Below are positions 38,926 to 47,739 of a DNA stretch of 64,000 bases, one piece after another. The stretch spans positions 6,731 through 70,730 of the forward strand of contig CBDDFN010000019.1 in NCBI GenBank assembly GCA_965227065.1, written 5' to 3'. Position 1 is the first letter of the stretch. Every line of letters begins with the position of its first letter. Under the pieces are notes generated by a model. It ran no database searches and was not told where the DNA came from. It saw only the letters and a program-made list of their open reading frames with translations. Made by a program: the position numbers and the translations under genes. The stretch is from Alphaproteobacteria bacterium (GTDB lineage Bacteria > Pseudomonadota > Alphaproteobacteria > SPJN01).

Positions 38926-39842
38926 GCGCCTTTTCCGACATACGGCCCAAACTGCTGGGGCTCGCCTACCGCATGCTCGGCTCTTTGGAAGATGCCGAGG
39001 ATGTGGTGCAGGACGCCGCGCTCAAATGGGCGGGACTGGATGCCAGCGCAATCAACAACCCGCCCGCCTTTTTGATGACGATGGTGAGCCGCATGGCCAT
39101 TGACAGGCTGCGCGCCAGAAAGCGCGAGCGCACCCACTATGCCGGCCCCTGGCTGCCCGAACCGCTGGTCGGGCCTGAGGCCGATGCGCTCGGCATCCGC
39201 ATTGAAGACCCGCGCGCCGGGCTTGAGTTGGCCGACACGCTGTCGCTGGCCTTGCTGCATGTCATGGAAACCTTGCGCCCGCGTGAGCGCGCGGCCTTCC
39301 TCATGCATGATGTGTTCGATATGGGCTATGGCGAAATCGCCACTGCACTCGAAGCCGAAGAACCGGCTTGCCGCAAGCTGGTGAGCCGCGCGCGCGCCGC
39401 CATCCGTGACGCCAAACCGCCGGTTGATCCCCCCGCGCCTTCTGATCAAAGTTTGGTCGAAAAATTCATGGCCGCGAGTGCCACGGGTGACATGGATGGG
39501 CTGATGGCAATTGTCGCGCCTGATGTCGAACTGATTTCCGATGGCGGCGGCAAGGCCCGCGCCGCTTATCGCCCCCTATACGGCTTTGACGATGTCACCC
39601 AGGTGGTGACCGCCATCGCCCAAAAGCTGGAACCGGGCCTCACGGTGACATGGACCCGGCTCAATGGCATGATCGCCACCCTGATCAAGGATGGCGACCA
39701 GTTTCATTCAGCCACCGCTTACGGCATTGCCGAGGGGCAGATTACGGCGATCTATATGATCCGCAATCCCGACAAGCTGGCGCGTCTAGCGCGCGGCAAT
39801 CGCATCGGCCTGGGCGACGAGCGCCTCAGCCTGGCGGATTGA
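38922..39842 (+). CDS. ECF41-group RNA polymerase sigma factor with a fused C-terminal SnoaL-like regulatory domain
   Basis: Sigma-2 and sigma-4 regions are present, and all three ECF41 signature motifs are found: YAGPWLPEP in the linker, DGGGKARA, and NPDKL near the C-terminus. 306 aa. Confidence 0.88.
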   Translation: MSAFSDIRPKLLGLAYRMLGSLEDAEDVVQDAALKWAGLDASAINNPPAFLMTMVSRMAIDRLRARKRERTHYAGPWLPEPLVGPEADALGIRIEDPRAGLELADTLSLALLHVMETLRPRERAAFLMHDVFDMGYGEIATALEAEEPACRKLVSRARAAIRDAKPPVDPPAPSDQSLVEKFMAASATGDMDGLMAIVAPDVELISDGGGKARAAYRPLYGFDDVTQVVTAIAQKLEPGLTVTWTRLNGMIATLIKDGDQFHSATAYGIAEGQITAIYMIRNPDKLARLARGNRIGLGDERLSLAD

Positions 39843-40763
39843 CGCCAGGTCGATCAGGCGGCCATCGAGCGCAACGGCACCGGCGCCTGATTTCTGGGCC
39901 TCTTCCATGGCCACCAGAATGGCGCGCGCGCGGGCCACTTCTTTTTCCGCCGGGGTGAAGATCTGATTGGCCAACTCGATCTGCTTGGGATGGATCGCCC
40001 ACTTGCCTTCACAGCCCAGAACCGCTGAACGGTTGGCTTGCGCAACATAGCCGTCAGGATCAGAGAAATCGCCAAACGGCCCATCGATGGGGCGCAGGCC
40101 ATGGGCGCGGGCTGCCACAACCATGCGGGCAACCGCATAGTGCCACATGTCGCCCCAATGGGTCTGGCGGCTGCCATCTTCGGCCGGGTCGGTCAGCACG
40201 GCATAAGCAGGGTTCGGACCGCCGATCTGGGTGGTGCGCGCCTTGGTCGAGGCGGCATAGTCGGCGACGCCGAAATGCAGCGATTCATTGCGCTTGGAAG
40301 CAGCGGCAATCTCATCGACATTGGCCATGCCCTGGGCAGTCTCGATAATATGCTCAAAGCCGATTTTCTTTTTGCGACCCGTGGCGTCTTCAATCTGGGT
40401 CACCAGCATGTCGATGGCATAGACGTCTTTGGCATTGCCGACCTTGGGGATCATGATCAGATCAAGCCGTTCGCCGCCTTGCTCCAGCACATCGACCACA
40501 TCGCGATAGCAATAATGGGTGTCGAGACCGTTGATGCGCACCGACATGGTCTTGTCGCCCCAGTCGATATCGTTCAGCGCCTCGATGATGTTTTTGCGCG
40601 CCTGGGGTTTGTCGTCAGGCGCGACCGCATCTTCAATATCGAGAAAGATCACATCGGCGTCCGACTGGGCGGCTTTCTCAAACATTTCGGGCCGCGAGCC
40701 GGGAACCGACAATTCGCAGCGATTGAGCCGCGGGGTGCATTGCTCGACAATGGTGAAGCTCAT
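39786..40763 (-). CDS. mcl1: L-malyl-CoA / beta-methylmalyl-CoA lyase (HpcH/HpaI-CitE family)
   Basis: 325 aa, near-collinear with Rhodobacter Mcl1 (MSF..., PNRCELSVPGSRPEMFEKAA, DIEDAVAPDDKPQAR, IMIPKVG). Confidence 0.8.
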   Translation of the reverse strand: MSFTIVEQCTPRLNRCELSVPGSRPEMFEKAAQSDADVIFLDIEDAVAPDDKPQARKNIIEALNDIDWGDKTMSVRINGLDTHYCYRDVVDVLEQGGERLDLIMIPKVGNAKDVYAIDMLVTQIEDATGRKKKIGFEHIIETAQGMANVDEIAAASKRNESLHFGVADYAASTKARTTQIGGPNPAYAVLTDPAEDGSRQTHWGDMWHYAVARMVVAARAHGLRPIDGPFGDFSDPDGYVAQANRSAVLGCEGKWAIHPKQIELANQIFTPAEKEVARARAILVAMEEAQKSGAGAVALDGRLIDLASIRQAEALVAQADAIAAR

Positions 40764-40799
40764 TTTTCTCTCCTAAGCGGGAAATTCGGCGCGACCCTA

Positions 40800-41720
40800 T
40801 CAATCCTTGCGCGTGATTTCCATGCCGGCCAGCGGGTGATGGTCTTCGACCAATTGGCGCAGCCGCTCATCAAGCACATGGGTGTAAATCTCGGTCGTCG
40901 AAATATCGGCATGGCCCAGCATGGACTGGACCGAACGCAAATCCGCGCCATGGGCCAGCAAGTGGCTGGCAAAGGCATGGCGCAAGACGTGCGGTGACAC
41001 CGCCTCGGGCTTGAGCCCGGCTTCGGCCGCCAGCGCCTTTAGGACGCGGCCCGCCTGCTGGCGCGTCCAATGACCCGATGCGGACCGGGCAGGAAACAAA
41101 AAGGGCGATTGATCCCCACGCGCAAAGGAAAGCCTGTGGGGCAGATAGGCGGCAATCGCCTCGCGCGCGGCATCATTGAGAGGTACCAGCCGTTCGCGCC
41201 CGCCCTTGCCGGTGATCAGCAGCACTTCGGGCGCGCGGGATACCGCGCCAACCGGCAGATTGATCAGCTCGGATATCCGCAATCCGGTGGCATAGAGCAA
41301 TTCGATCAGCGCGGCCCGGCGCAGCCCCTCGCCCGTGCCGGTGCCCGGCGCACAGGCGATCAGCCGGTCAATATCGGCCTCGCTCAACACTTTGGGCAGG
41401 CTGCGCCCCTGTTTGGGGGAGCGCAAATTCTGGGTCGGGTTATCGCCGCGCATGCCCTCGCCATGCAAAAAGCGGAACAGCTGGCGGATGGCAGACAGGA
41501 TGCGCGCCGATGACCGCGCCGACAGCCCCTCGGTTTCGAGCGCACGCAGGAAGGCGCGTACATCTTCTTCACTGGCCGCCGTCAATGCGCGGTTCCGGCC
41601 TGCCAGAAAGTTCAGAAAGCGCCGCAGGTCGCGGCCATAGGCGCTGAGCGTGTTCTCGCTTGCCCCCCGTTCAACGGCGAGCATTTCAAGGAAGGCTTCG
41701 GTGTGGCGCTCATCACTCAT
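40800..41720 (-). CDS. xerD: site-specific tyrosine recombinase XerD
   Basis: N-terminal SAM-like domain and C-terminal catalytic domain with R...HxxR...Y (HVLRHAFASHLL, TEIYTHV). 306 aa. Confidence 0.85.
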   Translation of the reverse strand: MSDERHTEAFLEMLAVERGASENTLSAYGRDLRRFLNFLAGRNRALTAASEEDVRAFLRALETEGLSARSSARILSAIRQLFRFLHGEGMRGDNPTQNLRSPKQGRSLPKVLSEADIDRLIACAPGTGTGEGLRRAALIELLYATGLRISELINLPVGAVSRAPEVLLITGKGGRERLVPLNDAAREAIAAYLPHRLSFARGDQSPFLFPARSASGHWTRQQAGRVLKALAAEAGLKPEAVSPHVLRHAFASHLLAHGADLRSVQSMLGHADISTTEIYTHVLDERLRQLVEDHHPLAGMEITRKD

Positions 41721-41780
41721 GGGATGAGTGTGCCGAGGTTATTGAAATTTGAACAGACACTTCGCCCCATTCCGCGTTCA

Positions 41781-41929
41781 CGTCATCCCGGCCTCGATTT
41801 TCGCCCAATCTCCGATTGGCATGCGAAAATCAGTGAGCCGGGACCCAGAAGCCGGACTTGGGACTGGATCCCGGATACAAGTGTCGCCAACAGCCTTGAG
41901 GCTGGGCTCCCCTAGTTCCGGGATGACGA
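41781..41929. repeat. REP-like palindromic intergenic element, copy B (149 bp, nested palindromes)
   Basis: Termini CGTCATCCCGG (41781-41791) and CCGGGATGACG (41919-41929). The internal palindromes are CGATTTTCGC / GCGAAAATC and CCAAT...ATTGG. Confidence 0.7.
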
Positions 41930-41939
41930 CGGATGGCCC

Positions 41940-43646
41940 TTATAACCCCAACGCCATCATGGCATCGCGCGCCAGGGCGCGGGCGTCCGTCTCCATCCCG
42001 GCGGACAAGAATGCGCCCAGAATGGCAGAGGTGACCACCGGATGGGCCTTTGTGAGCTTCCCGCCATCAAGCAGCAAGACCGCCAGCAAGCCCGCTTCAG
42101 CCTGACGCTTGGCCGCTGCCGCCTCGGCAATACCCCGCCAGATCGACAGGTTGGGCAATTCGGCCTTGGCCCGCGAGGCTGCACGGGCAGCAATGATCCG
42201 GTCCCAGGCTTCTGCTGCGATCGGCTCCCCCATCGCTTCGGTCAGCGAGAAGACCGCAATCGCCTTGTCGATCCCCGCCCGGCCATATTGCTGAAGCGCA
42301 AAATTGTACCAGTCTACCGCCAGCACCGAAGCACCGTCCGCGCCCACCTCGGGCCCTGAAGCCACCAGTAGCGGCCAAACCTCAAACAGTTGACGCAAGG
42401 CCACGCCGAGGCCCGACCGCGCCTCATTGACAATGGCGGTATGCCAGATGCGGGCCTCATCATTGCGGCCCGTCAGGATCAGGGCGCGCAGAACCGTGGC
42501 GCCATGAATGATCGTGTCGGGCCCCGGCGCGATGCGCGCCGCCATGTCGGCATAGACAAGGGCGGTGATCCGCAGGCTTTGTTCTGCTTTGGCACGTTCC
42601 AGCATGCGGATGACATCGCGGCCCCGGCCCGACGGGTCGAGTGCCTGGGCCAGACGGGCAAATTCACGCGCCCGGTTGAGCGTGTCTTCAGCTTCCGGCG
42701 GTGCCGTGATTTCCCCGGCACCGGCCTGCAAGGCAAGCTGGTTGTAAATCACGCGCACATCCTGCGGCGTGATGATGCCCCAGGCCATGGCCTGCTCGGC
42801 CGCCATCGCCCGGACCAACGCCGGCGCGCGACCCGATCGGGCCAGCCCCACCAGCGCATCAGGCGTCACATAGGCCAGATGGCGTGGTTCCAGTGCAATG
42901 CCGGTTTTTTCCATCAGGGCGATATGCAGCGGATCAAGCTTGAGCGTGCCTTCCAGTTCCGGCGCCTCGTCACTTTCGCCGCGCAAACGCGCCATCAATT
43001 GGGGAAACAGCGTGTCATCAGGGTCCAGATCGACCGCCAGTTGCAGTTGCACCTCGCCTTCAGGCCCCGCTTCGCCCAGATTGGCACAGGCCGCATTGAC
43101 CTTGCCGACCCATTCGCGGCCGAATTCCGGCGCGGGCGCTTCCCGGCCCGGTGCGGCACAGCCCGCCTCAAGCCCGTCGCGCAGCAAGAGCTGACCCAGA
43201 TTGATCCGCACATAGCCCGGGAAAATCCGGCTTGCCGTCTGGCTCAATCGTTCCATCAACTGTTCAAGCGCGATGACATCGCCCATTTCAAACAGGATGC
43301 GGACACGCTCGGCAAAAATCGCCTGATTATCGTCTTCGCTGGCCCCGTCGGGAAGGCGCGCCTCGGTCAGCATGATTTTACGGACGAGCGCCCGGATGGC
43401 GGGGGAGGCTTGGCTCAAATCCACCCGCGACAGCAGAAATTTGATCCGCTCAAGATTGCTGTCGGCCCACATCTCCACCGACAGTCCGCCGGTTTCAAGG
43501 GTCATTGTGCCGATGGTGCCCGCACCGGCCGCCGACAGGTCATCGGTGGTGATTTCGGTGTCTTGCAGCGCGTCTTGGGCGATGGCGGGCGTACTAAAAG
43601 CGAGCGCGAGCGCAGCAAGCGCCGCCTTAATCGTCAAACCGGTCAT
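41940..43646 (-). CDS. conserved hypothetical exported protein (568 aa)
   Basis: Signal peptide MTGLTIKAALAALALAFSTPAIA, then an Ala/Leu-rich, probably alpha-helical repeat body. No recognisable catalytic motif. Confidence 0.6.
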   Translation of the reverse strand: MTGLTIKAALAALALAFSTPAIAQDALQDTEITTDDLSAAGAGTIGTMTLETGGLSVEMWADSNLERIKFLLSRVDLSQASPAIRALVRKIMLTEARLPDGASEDDNQAIFAERVRILFEMGDVIALEQLMERLSQTASRIFPGYVRINLGQLLLRDGLEAGCAAPGREAPAPEFGREWVGKVNAACANLGEAGPEGEVQLQLAVDLDPDDTLFPQLMARLRGESDEAPELEGTLKLDPLHIALMEKTGIALEPRHLAYVTPDALVGLARSGRAPALVRAMAAEQAMAWGIITPQDVRVIYNQLALQAGAGEITAPPEAEDTLNRAREFARLAQALDPSGRGRDVIRMLERAKAEQSLRITALVYADMAARIAPGPDTIIHGATVLRALILTGRNDEARIWHTAIVNEARSGLGVALRQLFEVWPLLVASGPEVGADGASVLAVDWYNFALQQYGRAGIDKAIAVFSLTEAMGEPIAAEAWDRIIAARAASRAKAELPNLSIWRGIAEAAAAKRQAEAGLLAVLLLDGGKLTKAHPVVTSAILGAFLSAGMETDARALARDAMMALGL

Positions 43647-43765
43647 TGGGGATCGTCCGTTCCACCGACTGGGTCGGGGCGGGAATGTCCCAGCTCATCA
43701 AAAACACCGCACCCGCCCCCAGCGCGACTAACACGAACAGAAGAAGAAAGACCGAAAAGCGCATG
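43628..43765 (-). CDS. candidate 45-aa single-TM small protein
   Basis: MRFSVFLLLFVLVALGAGAVFLMSWDIPAPTQSVERTIPNDRFDD. It lies below the 60-aa ORF-track cutoff. Its stop overlaps the start of the 568-aa gene by 19 nt. Confidence 0.35.
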
Positions 43766-43960
43766 ATCCGCCTTGAAGTTTCAAAAATGGCCCCACCACG
43801 GGGATTTCCGGTACTCTACTGCATCAAGGCCCACAAAGGCAAAGCCCACCTTCACCGGGCGCCATCCGGTGCGGCTCGACGTCCCGGATGCGAAGCCGCT
43901 GCCCATTTGCTACACAGCCGCTCTGGTGCATAGTCTGTTCCACAAATGATAAGAGGTTTT

Positions 43961-44524
43961 ATGAGTACCGCTTCGGCACGACCCGATCCTGTTCAACCCT
44001 TTTCGCCCGACCGGCCCATTGTGCTTGTCGGCATGATGGGGGCTGGCAAGACAACGGTGGGCCGGCGGCTCGCAAAGCGTCTGGGCATTCCCTTTGTCGA
44101 TGCCGATGAAGAGATTGAAAATGCTGCGGGCATGAGTGTGGCGGACTATTTCGATCAATATGGCGAGACAGCCTTCCGCGAAGGCGAACGCAAGGTCATT
44201 CACCGGCTTTTGGAAGAAGAAGGCCCGTGCGTTCTGGCCACCGGCGGCGGTGCCTTCATGGATGAGACCACGCGCGCTGAAATCCAGCAATTCGCGCTTT
44301 CGGTCTGGCTGCGGGCTGATCTTGAACTGCTGGTCAAGCGCACCGCCAAACGCAACACGCGGCCCCTGCTGAAACAGGGCAATCCGCGCGACATTCTGCG
44401 CGATCTGATGGATCAGCGTTATCCCACCTATGCGGAGGCCCATGTCACGGTTGACACGGCCGACGTCCCCCATGAAGAAGTGGTCGGCGAAATCGTCAAC
44501 CGTCTGGCAGACCTGACAGGCTAG
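43961..44524 (+). CDS. aroK: shikimate kinase
   Basis: Walker A GMMGAGKTTVGRRLA. An AAGAGG RBS lies 4 nt upstream of the ATG at 43961. Confidence 0.92.
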   Translation: MSTASARPDPVQPFSPDRPIVLVGMMGAGKTTVGRRLAKRLGIPFVDADEEIENAAGMSVADYFDQYGETAFREGERKVIHRLLEEEGPCVLATGGGAFMDETTRAEIQQFALSVWLRADLELLVKRTAKRNTRPLLKQGNPRDILRDLMDQRYPTYAEAHVTVDTADVPHEEVVGEIVNRLADLTG

Positions 44525-44528
44525 TTCC

Positions 44529-45641
44529 ATGAGTGAAAAACGACTGATCCCGGTGTCGCTCGACGACCGTTCTTATGATGTGCATGTCGGCGCGGGCCTG
44601 CTTGATGAGGCAGGCCGCCTGATTGCGCCGCTGCTCAATCGCCCCCAGACCGTGGTGGTCACCGATGAGCATGTCTCGGGCCTGCATTATGAACGGCTAA
44701 AAGCCGCTTTGGCTGCCGAAGGCATCAAAACCCGCCGCATCACCCTGCCGCCGGGGGAGCACACCAAGAGCTTTGGCCATTTCGAGGCATTGGCGGGCCA
44801 GCTGCTTGATCTGGGTGTGGAACGCAAGGACCCGATCATTGCCTTGGGCGGCGGCGTCATTGGCGATCTGGTCGGCTTTACCGCCGCGATCCTGCGCCGG
44901 GGCATTCCCTTCATTCAAATTCCCACGACCCTTTTGTCGCTGGTGGACAGCTCGGTCGGCGGCAAGACCGCCATCAATGTGTCTCAAGGTAAAAACCTGG
45001 TCGGCGCTTTTCACCAGCCCAAACTGGTGATCGCCGATACCGGCCTGCTCGATACGCTCGACAAACGCCAGCTGCGCGCGGGCTATGCCGAAGTGGTTAA
45101 ATATGGCCTGCTTGGCGATGCCGAGTTTTTCGCCTGGCTTGAACAAAATGGCGAAGCGGTACTCGCCGGTGATGAAGCCGCGCGGCTTCATGCGGTGGCC
45201 CGTTCGGTCGAAATGAAAGCCGAAATCGTGGCCGAGGATGAGCGCGAGGCGGGCAAACGCGCGCTGCTTAATCTGGGTCATACGTTCGGCCATGCGCTCG
45301 AAGCCGAAACCGATTATTCCAGCCTGTTGCTGCATGGCGAAGGCGTGGCCATCGGCATGAAGCTGGCCGCCGAGACATCCGCCCGGATGGGGCTGATCGA
45401 TGATGCGGATGTGGCGCGGATTTCCGCCCATCTTGACAGTGTGGGACTGAAAAGCTCGATCAAGGATATTGAGACCGCGCCGTTTGATATTGCGCGCCTG
45501 ATGGAGCATATGGGTCAGGATAAAAAGGTTGAAGCCGGCAAGCTGATCTTCATCCTGCTGCGCCGCATCGGCGAAGCGTTCAGCTGCCGCGATGCCGACC
45601 TTGAGATCGTCAAACAGGTGTTGAGGGACGACCAGCCGTGA
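44529..45641 (+). CDS. aroB: 3-dehydroquinate synthase
   Basis: 370 aa with NAD-binding GGGVIGD and metal-binding His. Part of the aroK-aroB operon. Confidence 0.93.
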   Translation: MSEKRLIPVSLDDRSYDVHVGAGLLDEAGRLIAPLLNRPQTVVVTDEHVSGLHYERLKAALAAEGIKTRRITLPPGEHTKSFGHFEALAGQLLDLGVERKDPIIALGGGVIGDLVGFTAAILRRGIPFIQIPTTLLSLVDSSVGGKTAINVSQGKNLVGAFHQPKLVIADTGLLDTLDKRQLRAGYAEVVKYGLLGDAEFFAWLEQNGEAVLAGDEAARLHAVARSVEMKAEIVAEDEREAGKRALLNLGHTFGHALEAETDYSSLLLHGEGVAIGMKLAAETSARMGLIDDADVARISAHLDSVGLKSSIKDIETAPFDIARLMEHMGQDKKVEAGKLIFILLRRIGEAFSCRDADLEIVKQVLRDDQP

Positions 45642-46933
45642 CACAAGACGCCAGTTTTTTGGCAAGCCTGGATTGGGAGCTGATCGGCTCGCTTGGCGCC
45701 ATACTGGTTTTGCTGGTCTTCTCGGGCTTCTTTTCAGGCTCTGAAACCGCGCTGACGGCCGCCTCGCGCGCGCGCATCCACCATCTCGCCCAGCAGGGCA
45801 ATCCGAAAGCCCGCCGGGTTGACCGGCTGATTGAAGACAAGGAAAGCCTGATAGGCGCCATTTTGATCGGCAATAATCTGGTCAATATTCTGGCGTCCGC
45901 GCTTGCCACCAGCCTGTTTCTCAAACTGTTCGGCGATGCCGGGGTGGCCTATGCCACATTATTGATGACCGCCTTGGTCGTCGTCTTTGCCGAGGTGCTG
46001 CCCAAGACATTTGCCATTGCCCACCCTGAACGGCTGGCGCTTGCGGTCGCCCGCTTCATTGCGCTGGTCGTCGCGGCGTTCACCCCGGTGGTTCGCGGCG
46101 TGCAGTTCATCGTGCGCCGAACGCTGCGCCTGCTGGGTGAAGACATCACCAATGCGCCTGTCCTGTCGGCGATGGATGAAATTCGCGGTCAGATCGATCT
46201 GCATCACCGCGAAGGCCAGGTGCGCAAAAGCTATCGCGACATGCTGGGATCGATCCTTGATCTGAGGACGGTTGATGTCTCCGAGGTGATGGTGCACCGG
46301 AAAAATATCTTCATGGCCGACGCCAATGGGGCGGCCGAAGATATTGTGCGCGCGGTGCTCGACAGCCGCTTCACCCGTGTTCCGCTGTATGAAAATGACC
46401 CTGAGAATGTCATTGGCGTGCTGCACACCAAAGATGTGTTGCGCCTGCTGATCGACAATGAGTTGAGCCAGGAGGGCCTGCGCACCATCGCCCAGACACC
46501 ATGGTTCGTGCCCGAAACCACCGATCTGCATGAACAGCTTGAAGCGTTTAAAAGCCGTCACGCCCATTTCGCGCTGGTGGTGGATGAGTATGGCGCGCTG
46601 CGCGGGCTGGTCACGTTGGAAGATATTCTGGAAGAGATTGTCGGCGAGATCACCGATGAGCATGACGAGGCTGTCAAAGGTGTGCGCCCGCAATCAAACG
46701 GCACCTATGTGGTTGATGGCTGGGTGACGCTGCGCGATCTGAACCGCGAGTTTGACTGGGACCTGCCCGATGAAGAGGCCACCACGCTGGCCGGTCTGGT
46801 CATGCATGAGGCCCAGACCATCCCCGAAGCCGGTCAGGCCTTTTCATTTCATCGCTGCAAGTTCGAGATTTTGCGCCGCCAGCGCAACCAGATCACCGCG
46901 ATCCGGGTGACACCGCCCAAAAAGCGCGGATAA
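45638..46933 (+). CDS. hemolysin-family (TlyC/CorC, CNNM) protein with DUF21, CBS pair and CorC_HlyC domains
   Basis: 431 aa. The N-terminus has 4 TM segments and the GSETAL motif. It overlaps the aroB stop by 4 bp. Confidence 0.85.
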   Translation: MTQDASFLASLDWELIGSLGAILVLLVFSGFFSGSETALTAASRARIHHLAQQGNPKARRVDRLIEDKESLIGAILIGNNLVNILASALATSLFLKLFGDAGVAYATLLMTALVVVFAEVLPKTFAIAHPERLALAVARFIALVVAAFTPVVRGVQFIVRRTLRLLGEDITNAPVLSAMDEIRGQIDLHHREGQVRKSYRDMLGSILDLRTVDVSEVMVHRKNIFMADANGAAEDIVRAVLDSRFTRVPLYENDPENVIGVLHTKDVLRLLIDNELSQEGLRTIAQTPWFVPETTDLHEQLEAFKSRHAHFALVVDEYGALRGLVTLEDILEEIVGEITDEHDEAVKGVRPQSNGTYVVDGWVTLRDLNREFDWDLPDEEATTLAGLVMHEAQTIPEAGQAFSFHRCKFEILRRQRNQITAIRVTPPKKRG

Positions 46934-46956
46934 AAATCACAATCAGGGAGCCCGCA

Positions 46957-47739
46957 ATGTCAGAGCAAACCGAGGTGCCGATCCGGCCAGCCTCCACCAT
47001 CTTGTTGTTGCGCGATGCGCCCAGGCTCGAAGTGTTGATGGTTGAACGCCATTATCAGGTCGATTTTGCCTCCGGCGCACTGGTCTTTCCCGGTGGCAAG
47101 GTTGACCCGTCCGACGAGCGCCACGACCCTGATCTGATTGACGGGCTTGAGGGGCTTGAAGATTGGGAAATCCCTTTCCGGGTGGCCGCCCTGCGCGAAG
47201 CCTTTGAAGAAGCCGCCGTCTTGCTCGCCCGCAAGGATGGCGAGCTCGCAACGCCCGAGTTGATCGATGCGCTCGAAGCCGAACGCAAGGCCGTCGATGC
47301 TGGCGAGATCAGCATGACCGAGTTTGCCAAAGAGGTCGGCCTCACCCTGGCGCTTGATCTGCTTGTGCCGTATGCGCGCTGGATCACGCCAGGCTTCATG
47401 CCCAAACGGTTCGACACCTATTTTTATCTGGCCCGCATGCCCCAGCGGCAAAAGCCTGTTCATGATGGCCGTGAAATGGTGGATTGCTGCTGGATCGAAC
47501 CCGCCGAAGCGCTGGCCGCCCAGAAGCGCGGTGAGCGCACCATCATTTTTCCCACGCGGATGAATGTTGAACGGCTGACCCAGTTTGGTTCAGCCGATCA
47601 GGCGCTCGGCGAAATTCCCGCCCACACGCTGGTGACGGTGGAACCGTGGATTGAAGATCTCGACGGCAAGAAGGTGCTGAAAATCCAGCCAGACGCAGGC
47701 TATGGCGATCCGGTCGAGCCGCTCGACTCGATCATGTAA
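46957..47739 (+). CDS. NUDIX hydrolase
   Basis: Nudix box GGKVDPSDE...REAFEEAAV. 260 aa. Confidence 0.75.
   Translation: MSEQTEVPIRPASTILLLRDAPRLEVLMVERHYQVDFASGALVFPGGKVDPSDERHDPDLIDGLEGLEDWEIPFRVAALREAFEEAAVLLARKDGELATPELIDALEAERKAVDAGEISMTEFAKEVGLTLALDLLVPYARWITPGFMPKRFDTYFYLARMPQRQKPVHDGREMVDCCWIEPAEALAAQKRGERTIIFPTRMNVERLTQFGSADQALGEIPAHTLVTVEPWIEDLDGKKVLKIQPDAGYGDPVEPLDSIM

Noticed and set aside
41749-42105. ORF 41749-42105 (+) and ORF 48766-49149 (+), which cross the repeat copies B and C.
   Set aside because: They start inside the hairpin repeats and run antisense into real genes, so they are artefacts.
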